Shown piece by piece: positions 25,395 to 39,944 of a DNA stretch of 64,000 nt. A program made the translations under genes and the position numbers. The first letter of the stretch is position 1. Every line of letters begins with the position of its first letter. Below the pieces are notes generated by a model. It saw only the letters and a program-made list of their open reading frames with translations, was not told the origin of the DNA and ran no database searches. The DNA is from Mizuhopecten yessoensis (Eukaryota): positions 165,948 through 229,947 of the forward strand of contig NW_018406560.1 in NCBI RefSeq assembly GCF_002113885.1, read 5' to 3'.

Positions 25395-26249
25395 TTATTG
25401 GCCTTTTCCTTTAAATGATTTCTTCTGAAGAATGGAAAGATGTATAGTCATGATATTTGGCTGAAAGATTCCTTGGTAACAGCAAGACAAAGTTTGAGAA
25501 TGAAAATGACCATGACCTACTTTCAAGATCGCAGGAGTCAAATATGTGGAAAACTTCAAACAACCTTTCTGAAGAACTGAAAGGTATAGAATCTTAATAT
25601 TAGGCTGAAAGCTTCTAGGAATGGAGTCCAACCAAGTTTGTCAATGAAAATGACCTTAACCTACTTTCAAGGTCACAGGGGTCAAATATGTCAAACAAAT
25701 CAAACATTTTCTTCTGAAGAACCGAAAGGCATAGAATCATAATATTTGGTTTGTAGCATCTTGGATGGGGCCCGACAAACTTTGTGTATGAAAATGACCT
25801 CAACCTTCTTTCAAGGTCACAAGCGTCAAATATGTCAAACAGTTCAAATAACATCTTTTGAAGAATTAAAAGGCGTTGAATCATAATGTTTTGCTGGTAG
25901 CTTCCTAGGATGGAGCCTGACAAAGTTTGCGAAGGAAAATGACCCTTACCCAAGGTCAAAAGGGGTCAAATATGGCAAAAAATGCAAATGGCTTCTTTTG
26001 AAGAACTGAAAGGCAAAGAGTAGTAATAAGAAGTAAGCTTCCTTAGATGGAGCCCAACAAAGTTTGCCAATTAAAATGACCTTGACCTATTTTTAATGTC
26101 ACAGGAATTAAATGTGTTAACATCTTTGAATGACTTTTTCTGAATAACCAAAAGATTAAAAAAAAGTATATTTGACCATGGTCCCCTTTTAAGCATGAAG
26201 TGTGAGAGTAATAACAGGTGAGTGGTGCAGGCCCATTGAGCCTCTTGTT
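25395..26249 (+). mobile_element. HINE, 3' part with ~144-bp internal tandem repeats
   Basis: AAGTTTG marker at 25490, 25634, 25778 (variant), 25923 and 26060. Ends CAGGTGAGTGGTGCAGGCCCATTGAGCCTCTTGTT (subterminal IR, hairpin, T-rich end). Confidence 0.8.
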
Positions 26250-26774
26250 ATGGGTAGGTAGGCCCTGTGACACTAATCAAAGAAACAGGTACAGGTCAGT
26301 CAGGGAGGCAGTAGCGTAATGAAGCCTTTAGAAGCTTCCAGCCAGATCAGCGTATTGCCAGTATTGATCCGTTTTAATTATGGGCTATAGTTTGAGGTAA
26401 ATTAATGGCAGAGGCCGGTAGTGTCCGACTACAAGTTGGGTGCCTACATCACTTGGTGGCGCGACTTATTGTTAGTTGTATCCTTGGTACACAGCGACCG
26501 TTGTAACCAACTGTTTTCTGAGGAGAGATAGGAGTCTCCCTGAGTACCAGGACAATCTGATTCCAGTGACCAGTCTGTCCTTGAGCATAATGTCATCCAA
26601 TATCTCGATTGAAAAAGTGTATATTAATCAGTATTGTGAGGTAACCTCAGTCAATATAATGAAGTCTGTAATTTTATATGTACACAAGTCAAACAGCTTG
26701 AGGAATGATATATTTAAGGTCAAGTCTATATATTGTGCATCTTCATAAATATCCAAATTCAGTGGGTTTTTACC

Positions 26775-27768
26775 ACGGTAAGTTAGCATACATCCTTAAG
26801 TCTCCATGTCACAGTAAGGTAGCATACGTCCTTAATTCTCCATGTCACAGTAAGGTAGCATACATGCTTAAGTCTCAATGTCACAGTAAGGTAGCATACA
26901 TCCTTAATTCTCCATTTCACAGTAAGGTAGCATATACCCTTAAGTCTCCATGTCACAGTTATGTATCATATACCCTTAAGTCTCAATGTCACAGTAAGGT
27001 AACATACATCCTTAAGTCTCCATGTCACAGTAAGGTATCATACATCCTTAAGTCTCCATGTCACAGTAAGGTAGCATACGTCCTTAAGTCTCCATGTCAC
27101 AGTAAGGTAGCATACGTCCTTAATTCTCCATGTCACAGTAAGGTAGCATACATGCTTAAGTCTCAATGTCACAGTAAGGTAGCATACATCCTTAATTCTC
27201 CATTTCACAGTAAGGTAGCATATACCCTTAATTCTCCATGTCACAGTTATGTATCATATACCCTTAAGTCTCAATGTCTTAGTAAAGTAACATACATCCT
27301 TAATTCTCCATGTCACAGTAAGGTAGCATACGTCCTTAATTCTCCATGTCACAGTAAGGTAGCATACATGCTTAAGTCTCAATGTCACAGTAAGGTAGCA
27401 TACATGCTTAAGTCTCAATGTCACAGTAAGGTAGCATACACCCTTAATTCTCCATGTCACAGTAAGGTAGCATACACCCTTAATCCTCCATGTCACAGTA
27501 AGGTAGCATACACCCTTAATCCTCCATGTCACAGTAAGGTAGCATACATGCTTAAGTCTCAATGTCACAGTAAGGTAGCATACATGCTTAAGTCTCAATG
27601 TCACTGTAAGGTAGCATACATCCTTAATTCTCCATTTCACAGTAAGGTAACATACNAGGTAGCATACGTCCTTAATTCTCCATTTCACAGTAAGGTAGCA
27701 TATACCCTTAAGTTTCCATATCACAGTAAGGTGATAGACATGTTTAAGACTCCCTGTCAAGGTTACGT
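26775..27768. repeat. Minisatellite, 36-bp unit AGTAAGGTAGCATACATCCTTAATTCTCCATGTCAC
   Basis: About 27 copies; block repeated at a 288-bp offset; single N at 27656. Confidence 0.96.
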
Positions 27769-28939
27769 TATATATATCAATACTTTCTCTTTGGATTTGG
27801 GGAATTGTTTTCAAAATAGCTTCAAGCATCCTTAATTTAGGTAATGGAATTTTAGCATCATTTTCTCATAAACAGCTTAACTGTTTCCATATATTACAAA
27901 AATTGCATGTTAAAGAAATTGGCCAAATATGTGTTTGAACCTTACTGCCCATGTAAATGAAACTCCTAGTGTTTTTGTCGACTAAATGTTTACTGTTTAG
28001 TTAAAAAGTTATTATTGTTTGGATAAATGATTTTGAAGACATGTGTATCGTTTTAATCCATTGCCCAGCACAGAATAAAATGGCATGGCTGTGATCTCAT
28101 GATATCACAGAAATATAGGGGCTGGTCCATCTCCATGGAGACTGACTGGGTGTCATGGATGTCACCACTGTAATTGTCTTGGTTTTTAAGTGACCTTGGA
28201 GACAGCAAAATGATGGTGCTTCCAGCAACCTTGGGGGTGGGGGAATGTTCTTCATGGGGGTCTGTCAAGTAGTGTATCTCTTGCCTGGTAACGACCAGTG
28301 TTACATTCCCCCCAAAAATTATACAAGTTTTTCTACAAATGATATTGCATGTCTGTGCATTGTGAGAGATTTTGTGAATAATTGAGAGCTGTTTTATGGA
28401 TTTCAGGGACGATTTACTGCTGTTCTGAGACTTTTGTAAATAAAAAGCGTATGGAACACTTCCACACTGTTGCCCAGTCGGTGCTAGTGATGTCGTAAAA
28501 CTCTGCTATCACGAATAATAATTGGGGAGTGAGATTGGCATTAGAATCAATGAGTCCAAAATGTTCAACTAGAAAATAAATTTCGGAGGTGAAATGATGA
28601 TTATTGAGGATGTAAGAGACAAAACACCCTTTCTTCTGTCTCAAATTCCACACTGAACTAGCCATAATAATGTATTTTGTTGTTATAAACGTTTTTTCTA
28701 GTTAGAAACAGGCAGTGTACGTGTGTGGAAAGCTAAACGCCTGCTCAGAGAAGTAAGTAGTTGGGGCGTTGCTGTTTTGAGTATTCAGGCTGACAGTGAC
28801 CATCATTCTGCACTTTACATACAAAGTGTGATGGGCCAATTGTCAAGACAAGGACTCCGATTCTGCTTGTCTGCCTACAAACACTCCCATTTCCATAAAA
28901 TAGATATGTAAAATGATAGAGGAAGTATAATGGGTATGC

Positions 28940-30184
28940 ACAACAGACAGTACAATCTGTGTGTGTAGGTACTGACAACAGACAGTACAATCTGTGTGTA
29001 GGTACTGACAACAGACAGTACATGTACAATCTGTGTGTGTAGGTACTGACAACAGACAGTCCAATCTGTGTGTGTAGGTACTGACAACAGACAGTGCAAT
29101 CTCTGTGTGTAGATACTGACAACAGACAGTACAATCTGTGTGTGTAGGTACTGACAACAGACAGTACAATCTGTGTGTGTAGGTACTGACAACAGACAGT
29201 ACAATCTGTGTGTGTAGGTACTGACAACAGACAGTACAATCTGTGTGTGTAGGTACTGACAACAGACAGTACAATCTCTGTGTGTAGGTACTGACAACAT
29301 ATAGTACAATCTCTGTGTGTAGGTACTGACAACAGACAGTACAATCTGTGTGTGAAGGTACTGACAACAGACAGTACATGTACAATCTGTGTGTGTATGT
29401 ACTGACAACAGACAGGACAATCTGTGAGTGTAGGTACTGACAACAGACAGTGCAATCTGTGTGTGTAGGTACTGACAACAGACAGTGAAATCTCTGTGTG
29501 TAGGTACTGACAACAGACAGTACGATCTGTGAGTGTAGGTACTGACAACAGACAGTGAAATCTCTGTGTGTAGGTACTGACAACAGACAGTACAATATGT
29601 GTGTGTAGGTACTGACAACAGACAGTACATGTACAATCTGTGCGTGTAGGTACTGACAACAGACAGTACATGTACAATCTGTGTGTGTATGTACTGACAA
29701 CAGACAGGACAATCTGTGAGTGTAGGTACTGACAACAGATAGTACAATCTGTGTGTGTGGGTACTGACAACAGACAGTACAATCTGTGTGTGAAGGTACT
29801 GACAACAGACAGTACATGTACAATCTCTGTGTGTAGGTACTGACAACAGACAGTACGATCTGTGAGTGTAGGTACTGACAACAGACAGTGAAATCTCTGT
29901 GTGTAGGTACTGACAACAGACAGTACAATCTCTGTGTGCAGGTACTGACAACAGACAGTACAATCTGTGTGGGTAGGTACTGACAACAGACAGTACAATC
30001 TGTGCGTGTAGGTACTGACAACAGACAGTACATGTACAATCTGTGTGTGTATGTACTGACAACAGACAGTACAATCTGTGAGTGTAGGTACTGACAACAG
30101 ATAGTACAATCTGTGTGTGTAGGTACTGACAACAGACAGTACATGTACAATCTCTGTGTGTAGGTACTGACAACAGATAATACA
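28940..30184. repeat. Minisatellite, 35-bp unit GTAGGTACTGACAACAGACAGTACAATCTGTGTGT (41-bp variant with CATGTA insert)
   Basis: About 34 copies. Confidence 0.96.
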
Positions 30185-31217
30185 AACTCTATGTTTTGAG
30201 AAGGTTAGTGTAACGGCCATTCAGGTTGTTCCTGACGTAGAACATATTGATTGCTGCGGTTTGGGGACAGAAGCTGCTGTCAGACTTTGAAGGAGGACTA
30301 GACTTTGGGGTCCCAGCTACACGACAATGCTAGAATTGGGTTTGCATGCCACAGTACCATCAGCTGCGGACCTAGGCCTATCATTGGACGGTTGAAACCA
30401 ACAGACGTATCTAGAAAGTCTGCAGTCATCTAACCACTTGTTCCCCTATTGTAATCAACCAGAAAAAATTCAATGCTGACTTGTTATTGGGTAATGTAGC
30501 CCCTCCATAGATACTGATTTCACAAATAAACTTGCCTCTTAGGGAATCCAGGAATGCACTATCGCAAAAAAAATCTCTTTTCTCTATTCCACTTTTATGG
30601 CCATCAGCATTTTAATAACATTGGAAATATTGTGGTCTAATGAATGAATGGCTAGTCAGTGGACTTCAGCGATGACTAATACTCCACAGACACACTCTCT
30701 AGACAAGCCAGTGTTACAGCTATTTACTAAATGAAACATTCGTAAACTTTCTTTTTTTCGGCAATGATTCTGTAGCAGACTAAATTGACACCCTGCATCA
30801 GAAAATAACTTGGGATGTGTCTACAAAAATACCAGGAGATAGACCAAATTTGATTTCAATACCAGAGGGAAAAAAGTTTTAGATATCATAATGGTTTGGT
30901 ACTCAGGTTGACCTGTAAAAGGGCTGACCTTCTGCGCACCATTCGTCTCTATGGTGATCTTCAGGGATTACGAAAGACTAGGTGAGATTGTTAAGTATGA
31001 TGTAAACATTACTCTGAGAAGTTACTGTACCGCTGTCATTATATTCATTATCCAGATATTGCATCGTTTATGTCTTCTAGGAAATTGCAAGGCCAATAAA
31101 CCTTGACCGTGAGAAGCGAAAGTTGACCATTGGCCAGCTGCCGAGATAAACAACTCATTAATTATTGATATCTACTTTGACCTGTAAAGCACTGATTGGA
31201 CATTCATTACCTGGGGC

Positions 31218-33822
31218 TGGACGTACAATACCACTTGCTGTGAACCACAGACATACACAAAGTAATAGATATTGGACGTTCAGTACAAGTGGCTGTGAAC
31301 CAGACATACACAGAGCACTAGATATTGGACTTCAGTACCAGTGGCTGTGAGCCACAGACATACACAGAGTAACAGATATTGGACGTTCAGTACCAGTGAC
31401 TGTGAACCAGACATACACAGAGCACTAGATATTGCACGTTCAGTACCAGTGACTGTGAGCCACAGACATACACAGAGTAACAGATATTGGACGTTCAGTA
31501 CCAGTGACTGTGAACCACAGACATACACAGAGTAATAGATATTGGACGTTCAGTACCAGTGACTGTGAACCACAGACATACACAGAGCACTAGATATTGG
31601 ACGTTCAGTATCAGGTGCTGTGAGCCACAGACATACACAGAGCACTAGATATTGGACGTTCAGTACCAGTGGCTGTGAGCCACAGACATACACAGAGTAA
31701 TAGATATTTGACGTTCAGTACCAGTGGCTGTGAGCCACAGACATACACAGAGCGCTAGATATTGGACGTTCAGTACCAGTGGCTGTGAACCACAGACATT
31801 ACACAGAGCACTAGATATTGGACGTTCAGTATCAGGAGCTGTGAGCCACAGACATACACAGAGCACTAGAAATTGGACGTTCAGTACCAGTGGCTGTGAA
31901 CCACAGACATTACACAGAGCACTAGATATTGGACGTTCAGTACCAGTGGCTATGAACCACAGACATTACACAGAGCACCAGATATTGGACGTTCAGTACC
32001 AGTGGCTGTGAGCCACAGACATACACAGAGCACTAGATATTGGACGTTCAGTACCAGTGGCTATGAACCACAGACATTACAAAGAGCACCAGATATTGGA
32101 CGTTCAGTACCAGTGGCTGTGAACCACAGACATACACAGAGTAACAGATTTTGGACGTTCAGTACCAGTGACTGTGAACCAGACTTACACAGAGCACTAG
32201 ATATTGGACGTTCAGTACCAGTGGCTGTGAGCCACAGACATACTCAGAGTAACAGATATTGGACGTTCAGTACCAGTGACTATGAGCCACAGACATACAC
32301 AGAGCAACAGATTTTGGACGTTCAGTACCAGTAGCTGTGCGCCACAGACATACACAGAGAAACAGATATTGGACGTTCAGTACCAGTGGCTGGGAGCCAC
32401 AGACATACACAGAGTAATAGATATTGGACGTTCAGTACCAGTGACTATGAGCCACAGACACACACAGAGCACGAGATATTAGACGTTCAGTACCAGTGAC
32501 TGTGAGCCACAGACATACACAGAGCACTAGATATTGGACGTTCAGTACCAGTGGCTGTGAGCCACAGACATACACAGAGCACTAGATATTGGACGTTCAG
32601 TACCAGTGGCTGTGAGCCACAGACATACACAGAGCACTAGATATTGGACGTTCAGTACCAGTGGCTGTGAGCCACAGACATACACAGAGCACTAGATATT
32701 GGACGTTCAGTACCAGTGGCTGTGAGCCACAGACATACACAGAGCACTAGATATTGGACGTTCAGTACCAGTGGCTGTGAGCCACAGACATACACAGAGC
32801 ACTAGATATTGGACGTTCAGTACCAGTGGCTGTGAGCCACAGACATACACAGAGCACTAGATATTGGACGTTCAGTACCAGTGGCTGTGAGCCACAGACA
32901 TACACAGAGCACTAGATATTGGACGTTCAGTACCAGTGGCTGTGAGCCACAGACATACACAGAGCACTAGATATTGGACGTTCAGTACCAGTGGCTGTGA
33001 GCCACAGACATACACAGAGCACTAGATATTGGACGTTCAGTACCAGTGGCTGTGAGCCACAGACATACACAGAGCACTAGATATTGGACGTTCAGTACCA
33101 GTGGCTGTGAGCCACAGACATACACAGAGCACTAGATATTGGACGTTCAGTACCAGTGGCTGTGAGCCACAGACATACACAGAGCACTAGATATTGGACG
33201 TTCAGTACCAGTGACTGTGAGCCACAGACATACACAGAGCACTAGATATTGGACGTTCAGTACCAGTGACTGTGAGCCACAGACATACACAGAGCACTAG
33301 ATATTGGACGTTCAGTACCAGTGACTATGAGCCACAGACATACACAGAGCACTAGATATTGGACGTTCAGTACTAGTGACTGTGAACCAGACATACACAA
33401 AGTAATAGATATTGGACGTTCACTACAAGTGGCTGTGAACCACAGACATACACAGAGTAACAGATTTTGGACATTCAGAATGTCTGGCTGTGAACCAGAC
33501 ATACACAGAGCACTAGATATTGGACGTTCAGTACCAGTGACTATGAGCCACAGACATACACAGAGCACTAGATATTGGACGTTCAGTACTAGTGACTGTG
33601 AACCAGACATACACAAAGTAATAGATATTGGACGTTCACTACAAGTGGCTGTGAACCACAGACATACACAGAGTAACAGATTTTGGACATTCAGAATGTC
33701 TGGCTGTGAACCAGACATACACAGAGCACTAGATATTGGACGTTCAGTACCAGTGACTGTGAGCCACAGACATACACAGAGCACTAGATATTGGACGTTC
33801 AGTACCAGTGGCTGTGAGCCAC
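31218..33822. repeat. Minisatellite, 55-bp unit GACGTTCAGTACCAGTGGCTGTGAGCCACAGACATACACAGAGCACTAGATATTG
   Basis: About 47 copies; perfect core ~32505-33210; 216-bp higher-order duplication at the 3' end. Confidence 0.97.
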
Positions 33823-34975
33823 ATATGCAACTCATCAAATTATTCTGTTAGGCGTTTCAATTTTGTTAAAATTATATACCTACATATTTAACCCTTTTTA
33901 AATGGTGAATGTTGCCTTATCACAGAGACGTTTTTTGTCCTGAAGATAGCTCAGAAATAGACTCATTGGTCTCTACCCACCTTTACCAAAAAAGTCTAAT
34001 GTTAAAATTAAAGGGTTGAACATTTTCTTATGGGGTTATATTTGGTTCTGGGGTGTTTTGGAGATATCTCCATAGTCACCTTGCATGAAAATAACGGGTC
34101 TTTTAAAAACAAAAGTATCCAATCTGGGTTATTGGAATAACACCATCCAATGTGCAGAGGGAACAAAAATTACGGTAAACAGCCAAGGGAGTGAATTCCA
34201 CGTGAATGCTTTTGTTTGGTACACAAATATCAAACAGCCATTCAGATTTTCATATAAGGAGATAAAATGCCAGTAAAGAAAGGACAAAACTTGATAGTTT
34301 AAGCATTGAAGGTGAGATTTATGTTTTTGGTTTGACAAGTATAAGGATGAGTATTAGAATATGTTAAGAGATTTCCTAACACTGTAGTCCTGACTGGGCT
34401 AACATTCACTGACTTATACATTCCACTGATAATTGTCACCAGGCTGGCTCCACAGTTACTGTTTTGTCCAGGATTACAGGACAACTGAGGTCTAGTCAGG
34501 CAACAAACATTTCACCCAATCTTCACCAGTCAGCCTTCAGAGGGGATTAGTTGTGGGGGGTGGCCATCAGCATTGTCCTGTCCACTATAAACTGATGGAC
34601 CAAGACCCGGTCACATTATTGTGGTCAGAAGTTAGTGTGCGGAGGTCAACCCCGGGGTAAAGAGGATGCAGTATTGCAGCTGGTCAACGGTGTACCCCCC
34701 AGATCAGAGTCCAATTGTAAAGAAGCTGTAGGAAATGAGAATTGAGCTCCAGTGCTGAAGGACATGTATTGGGCTGTAATACCGGTACATTAACAATTCA
34801 TTCTGACATTGTAACTGTCCCCTGGTTTTAAATGTACTTGTATCTGGTTATTGATGACCCCCTTCTTTCACACGAGTCTGTTCTCACTACAGTGACCAGG
34901 TCACATTGGGGCTGGGCTCTAGAACCCATAAAACACATCTGTGTTTGATCCACATTGGGGTTAGACCACCTCAGC

Positions 34976-35119
34976 CTCGTACCTGTCATTCAGGTGAGAC
35001 AAGGCTTGATGGACCAGTGGAGGAAGACACGGAATCTGGTTAAATCTCGTACCTGTCATTCAGGGGAGACAAGGCTTGATGGACCAGTGGAGGAAGACAC
35101 GGAATCTGGTTAAATCTCG
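34976..35119. repeat. Two-copy 70-bp tandem duplication bounded by CTCG microhomology
   Basis: CTCG at 34976, 35046 and 35116; one mismatch between copies. Confidence 0.92.
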
Positions 35120-35145
35120 GATACTAACCTCTGATTCATTGTTCT

Positions 35146-35235
35146 TTAACCCTTTCACCACCGTAGACCATAATGGACTCATCCATATCAATGCATGGTA
35201 GGTCTACTACAGTTACATAGGGGTGAAAGGGTTAA
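35146..35235 (+). mobile_element. 90-bp TTAA-flanked mini-MITE, family B
   Basis: TTAA-CCCTTTCACC...GGTGAAAGGG-TTAA. Confidence 0.9.
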
Positions 35236-35602
35236 TTTGTAGTAATAACAGTAGTCAATATTGAGCCAATAGATCTGTTGACCTTTGTAGGCAGCCTTGA
35301 CCTTTCTTTAGGTTAGATGGTATTGTCTTCCTTTATCACAGTCTTAACCTAGATACCCTTAACACTTGAACTGATACAGACACCAGGATTCCCTGTCCCT
35401 ATGTTATACTGTGAATTCTTTACGTACAATTCACCATGCTCTAACGGTCCCTGTAGCACTGCTGAAAAATGTTGCTTTAAATTTCAAAATTTGTCTCCGT
35501 CATGACAAAAAGTTATTGCTGAAAAGCAAACCATGACTTGTGTAACTTTCATGAAAGAAAATAAATAAAATAGGAAATGAACGAAAACAAATCTGCAGCG
35601 TA

Positions 35603-36525
35603 CCAGATAAGGATCAGAACGGACCTCCGAATCATTGTAATGTCACTCTTAACCTTCCAAGCCACCCGGTCCACCAGTAAGGATCAGAACAGACCTCTGA
35701 ATCATTGTAATGTCACTCTTAACCTACCAAGCCACCCGGTCCACCAGATAAGGAGCAGAACGGACCTCTGAATCATTGTAATGTCACTCTTAACCTACCA
35801 AGCCACCCGGTCCACCAGATAAGGATCGGAACGGACCTCTGAATCATTGTAATGTGACTCTTAACCTTCCAAGCCACCCGGGCCACCAGATAAGGATCAG
35901 AACGGACCTCCGAATCATTGTAATGTCACTCTTAACCTTCCAAGCCACCGGGTCCACCAGATAAGGATCAGAGCGGACCTCTGAATCATTGTAACATCAC
36001 TCTTAACCTTACAAGCCACCCGGTCCACCAGATAAGGAGCAGAACGGACCTCTGAATCATTGTAACGTCTCTCTTAACCTTCCAAGCCACCCGGTCCGCC
36101 AGATAAGGATCAGAACGGACCTCCGAATCATTGTAATGTCCCTCTTAACCTTCCAAGCCACCCGGGCCACCAGATAAGGATCAGAACGGACCCCTGAATC
36201 ATTGTAACATCACTCTTAACCTTACAAGCCACCCGGTCCACCAGATAAGGAGCAGAACGGACCTCTGAATCATTGTAATGTCACTCTTAACCTTCCAAGC
36301 CACCGGGTCCACCAGATAAGAATCAGAACGGACCTCTGAATCATTGCAATGTCACTCTTAACCTTCCAAGCCATCCGGTCCACCAGATAAGGATCAGAAC
36401 GGACCTCTGAATCATTGCAATGTCACTCTTAACCTTCCAAGCCACCGGGTCCACCAGATAAGGATCAGAACGGACCCCTGAATCATTGTAACATCACTCT
36501 TAACCTTCCAAGCCACCCGGTCCAC
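35603..36525. repeat. Minisatellite, 71-bp unit CCAGATAAGGATCAGAACGGACCTCTGAATCATTGTAATGTCACTCTTAACCTTCCAAGCCACCCGGTCCA
   Basis: 13 copies with sharp boundaries. Confidence 0.97.
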
Positions 36526-37504
36526 AGTGGTACCTCAGCTTTGTCACACTTACAGCATGTACAAAAAACAGTGGAACTCTTTAGTGTTTTGCTGGCAGAG
36601 GGACAGGAGTCCTTAAGTAGCCATGCCAGAAATCAGTATGATGCTGGTTTTCTTCGAAAATTTGCATAACAGTTTTCTTTCTTTCTAATAGCCACTTATT
36701 TCAATATATAAAAAGGAGACTCCAGCCATATTCTGTAAAATAGTCCACAATGATAGCTTTTCCAGTAACCCACCTTTTGTTTTATTAAGTAGTGGCTCCA
36801 ATAAATAAAAATGACAAGACAGAACAAAAAATGCTGTCCATTCGAACTGCTATGTAAGGTATAAGGTATATTTGCACCGAGTCCAGTCCTTGAAATAAAG
36901 TTACAATCCTTGTAAACTGCTGTCATAGAGAGTAATATTAGATATTAGACTGAATTATGTGAGACTACGCTTAATGCATTGTCGTGTTGTTTATGAGAAC
37001 GTTACCTTCTGTCAATTTAGTAGGAGTTATTATGTAGACCAGGAAGAATTGACCAGTTCGTCAGCTGTAGCTGATACATGGTATCAACAGTCTAGAAAGA
37101 GCAACATAAATGGAAGAATTGTCGTCGGCGTGTCAAAAAGATTGCCACTTATTTTTTTACCCATTTTAATGAAAATTGTGTTCTTAATGACACAGATTAT
37201 ATTTAGGATTGTCTTTTTATTTAGAAATTCTCAGTGTTAGTAATTATGAAGTGATGTAACTAACCAATGTTCTGGCTAGCTGTTCCGATCTCTGTGTGTG
37301 ATCACACCGAGGCCTATTGATTGTAGAGTTTTATACTTCTGGCCAATTTTAATCCCCAATTTGCCGTTGTTTTGTGTACATATATGGTCTAAAACATGAT
37401 GGAACACCTGATTACCTGTACCTGTTACATGCAAGGTCGTGTGTATCGTCTTCAAAGGGCGAGGAAACATGGCTGTATTCAAGCATGCAATTACAGACAC
37501 ACAC

Positions 37505-38018
37505 TAGTCAGCCTCTATCTGGTCTGATGTAACTAACACATAGTCATAGTCAGCCTGTATCTGGTCTGATGTAACTAACACATAGTCAGCCTCTATCTGG
37601 AATGATGTAACTACCACATAGTCAGCCTCTATCTGGTCTGATGTAACTAACACATAGTCAGCCTCTATCTGGACTGATGTAACTAACAAATAGTCATAGT
37701 CAGCCTCTATCTGGTCTGATGTAAATAACACATAGTCAGCCTCTATTTGGACTGATGTAACTACCACATAGTCAGCCTCTATCTGGAATGATGTAACTAC
37801 CACATAGTCAGCCTCTATCTGGTCTGATGTAACTAACACATAGTCAGCCTCTATCTGGACTGATGTAACTACAACATAGTCAGCCTCTATCTGGACTGAT
37901 GTAACTAACAAATAGTCATAGTCAGCCTCTATATGGACTGATGTAACTAACATGTAGTCAGCCTCTATCTGGAATGATGTAACTAAAACGTAGGCAGCCT
38001 CTATCTGGAATGATGTAA
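37505..38018. repeat. Minisatellite, 36-bp unit TAGTCAGCCTCTATCTGGTCTGATGTAACTAACACA (42-bp variant)
   Basis: About 14 copies. Confidence 0.95.
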
Positions 38019-38759
38019 TTGTGCAGTTCATTGGTTTTACTCAGTGTAAGCCGTGTACTTTATCCTTCCATATTTGGGCCAACATGTGTGATTAATATTA
38101 GTTAGAAAGACTTGTTTCATAGTTGTGGTAAAATGTAGTTTATATAATCAGAGGTCTGTGGTGAAATGCTGTCAGATCATTTGTTTTAAGGGATAGAAAT
38201 ATAGCTGATAATTGTTAAAATAGGCCAGAAATTTAAGAAAGGTGTCATTAAGTGCAGAAATATATTCAGAAAGGATCTTATTTGAGTCGGGCCCTAGACA
38301 TATGAAAGTATAATTTTATCTTGATAAATCAGGCAATATCATGATTATTCAAAGAATAACTTACAATTAAAGGTTAAAAGTTATTCTTATTATACAAATA
38401 TGAGAGGTCTGCTTGGTAAGTGATCTAGGTTAGTGTTCAGCAGATTAATACTGGTCCCATGTTCTCTGCAGTTTTTAGTGATATTTTTATGTACATTTGT
38501 CTCATTAGAGGCAATTATCAGTATAAATCTCTGATCGGAGACATGCTCCCAACTGGCACAGAAAAGGAAAAGGACATGATTTTGATTTATCATTATTCAT
38601 ATATCTGTCGCTGAGTCATGCGACGTAAAACTTGTAACTGTACAATGAACGGTTTTTGACTAATGGGGTTATTGGCTATGTTCATCTCCACTTTTATAGA
38701 TATGCGTACTTGTGGCTTTTATCAGGTATACAAGATTCTTATATATACTTAATCAGAAA

Positions 38760-39400
38760 TAAATCCGTGTATTTTCAATGAACATATGACTCACCTTTGT
38801 CAGTGACAAATTCTCGAGATATTTATATTAATGGCCTATAGCAACCAATACAAGAAAGTGATAATTGAATTTTATGGAAGAAAACAATGTTGAACTCGTT
38901 TTGTAGAATGAAATCTAAGATGCTTTATGAGAATCGGATTCATCTCCCCGTACAAAGCCAGTAACTGGCATATGATTAATGTTCCTGGGCTCTGAACAGT
39001 TTTGCTGAACCTTGTGTATCTGATTGTAACCTACAGGGCCGATATAAACGGTATCTGTGTCGCCGAACACCCAGCCCTCTATCCGGATGACTCCTGCTAT
39101 ATTTATGTCCCACATTTATGTCCTGTGAGGTTTTCATACACCATTGCGTATGAATGGAAAACAGTTAGACGTCTGCCATATATGTTTATATTTTCAAAAA
39201 ACATGATACCGGTAAAGCAGTTAAGAAGGTGTGTGACTAGGCAGAATAACTGGAGGTTTTTGTTAGAGAACGTATCTATCTACTCAAATGTTTCCTCGAA
39301 CAAAGAGTGATACTTACAATTGACAATAGCGACCCTGCTGGGGACAACGGGAGACTGATCGGGTGGTCACGCATCACAGGTCATCTGAATCACTAATTAT
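38760..39400 (-). pseudogene. Decayed Merlin / IS1595 (ISXO2-like) DDE transposase relic
   Basis: With frameshifts, the minus strand gives in order RCPQQG, GHKYSRSH/RIEGWVFG, VQQN/VQSPGTLII and IN/SREFVTDKGE/HMFIEN. These resemble the family motifs WRC, RKYNRGHRVEGxWVFG, PGTxIxSD and VNHSxEFVxxxGxHTNxIE. No TIRs identified. Confidence 0.55.
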
Positions 39401-39944
39401 GTCTTATCGTCCATTTTTATCGTGGTTTTCCGTTATTTTAGAACATGTAACCTTGGTATTTTTTGGCCTTTTCTGGGTTTTGTCCACGTTTCTATGGCAA
39501 AATCCTTTGATATACGCATTTCTATTATGAGTAATGCTGTGATATATAGACAGGGCGTCCACATAAAGTGGGGTGTAAGGAAAAATGAAATGACATTTTT
39601 TTTAAAAATCTTTGTAGTGTATTGGAGCAGAAATTCCATCTTTTGAAAATATGATAAATAGTTGAAACCAATGAGAAATTTTGAATCCAAATGTCAATAA
39701 AAACAGAAAAGATTTGTGTAGATGGGTGGACAGGTGCATATGAGATGTTAGTCTACCCGGCGTTCGACACCACGAGTATCAGGTAGCCATTGGCAGGTGT
39801 GGTCAAAATCCTGGGGTCAACAGCAAATACAAAATCACCATGGTAACAAGATAAGTAGATATTTATTAAAAAAAGGCTGGCAATTCACATTCATGCATCA
39901 AAACGAAATGAACAATTTCTAAGTGTAACATCAGCAGCAATTAA

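Noticed and set aside
26705-30220. Long Cys/His-rich ORFs resembling zinc-finger repeats
   Set aside because: Translations of the 36- and 35-bp arrays, open on both strands or in all three frames; spacing does not fit C2H2.
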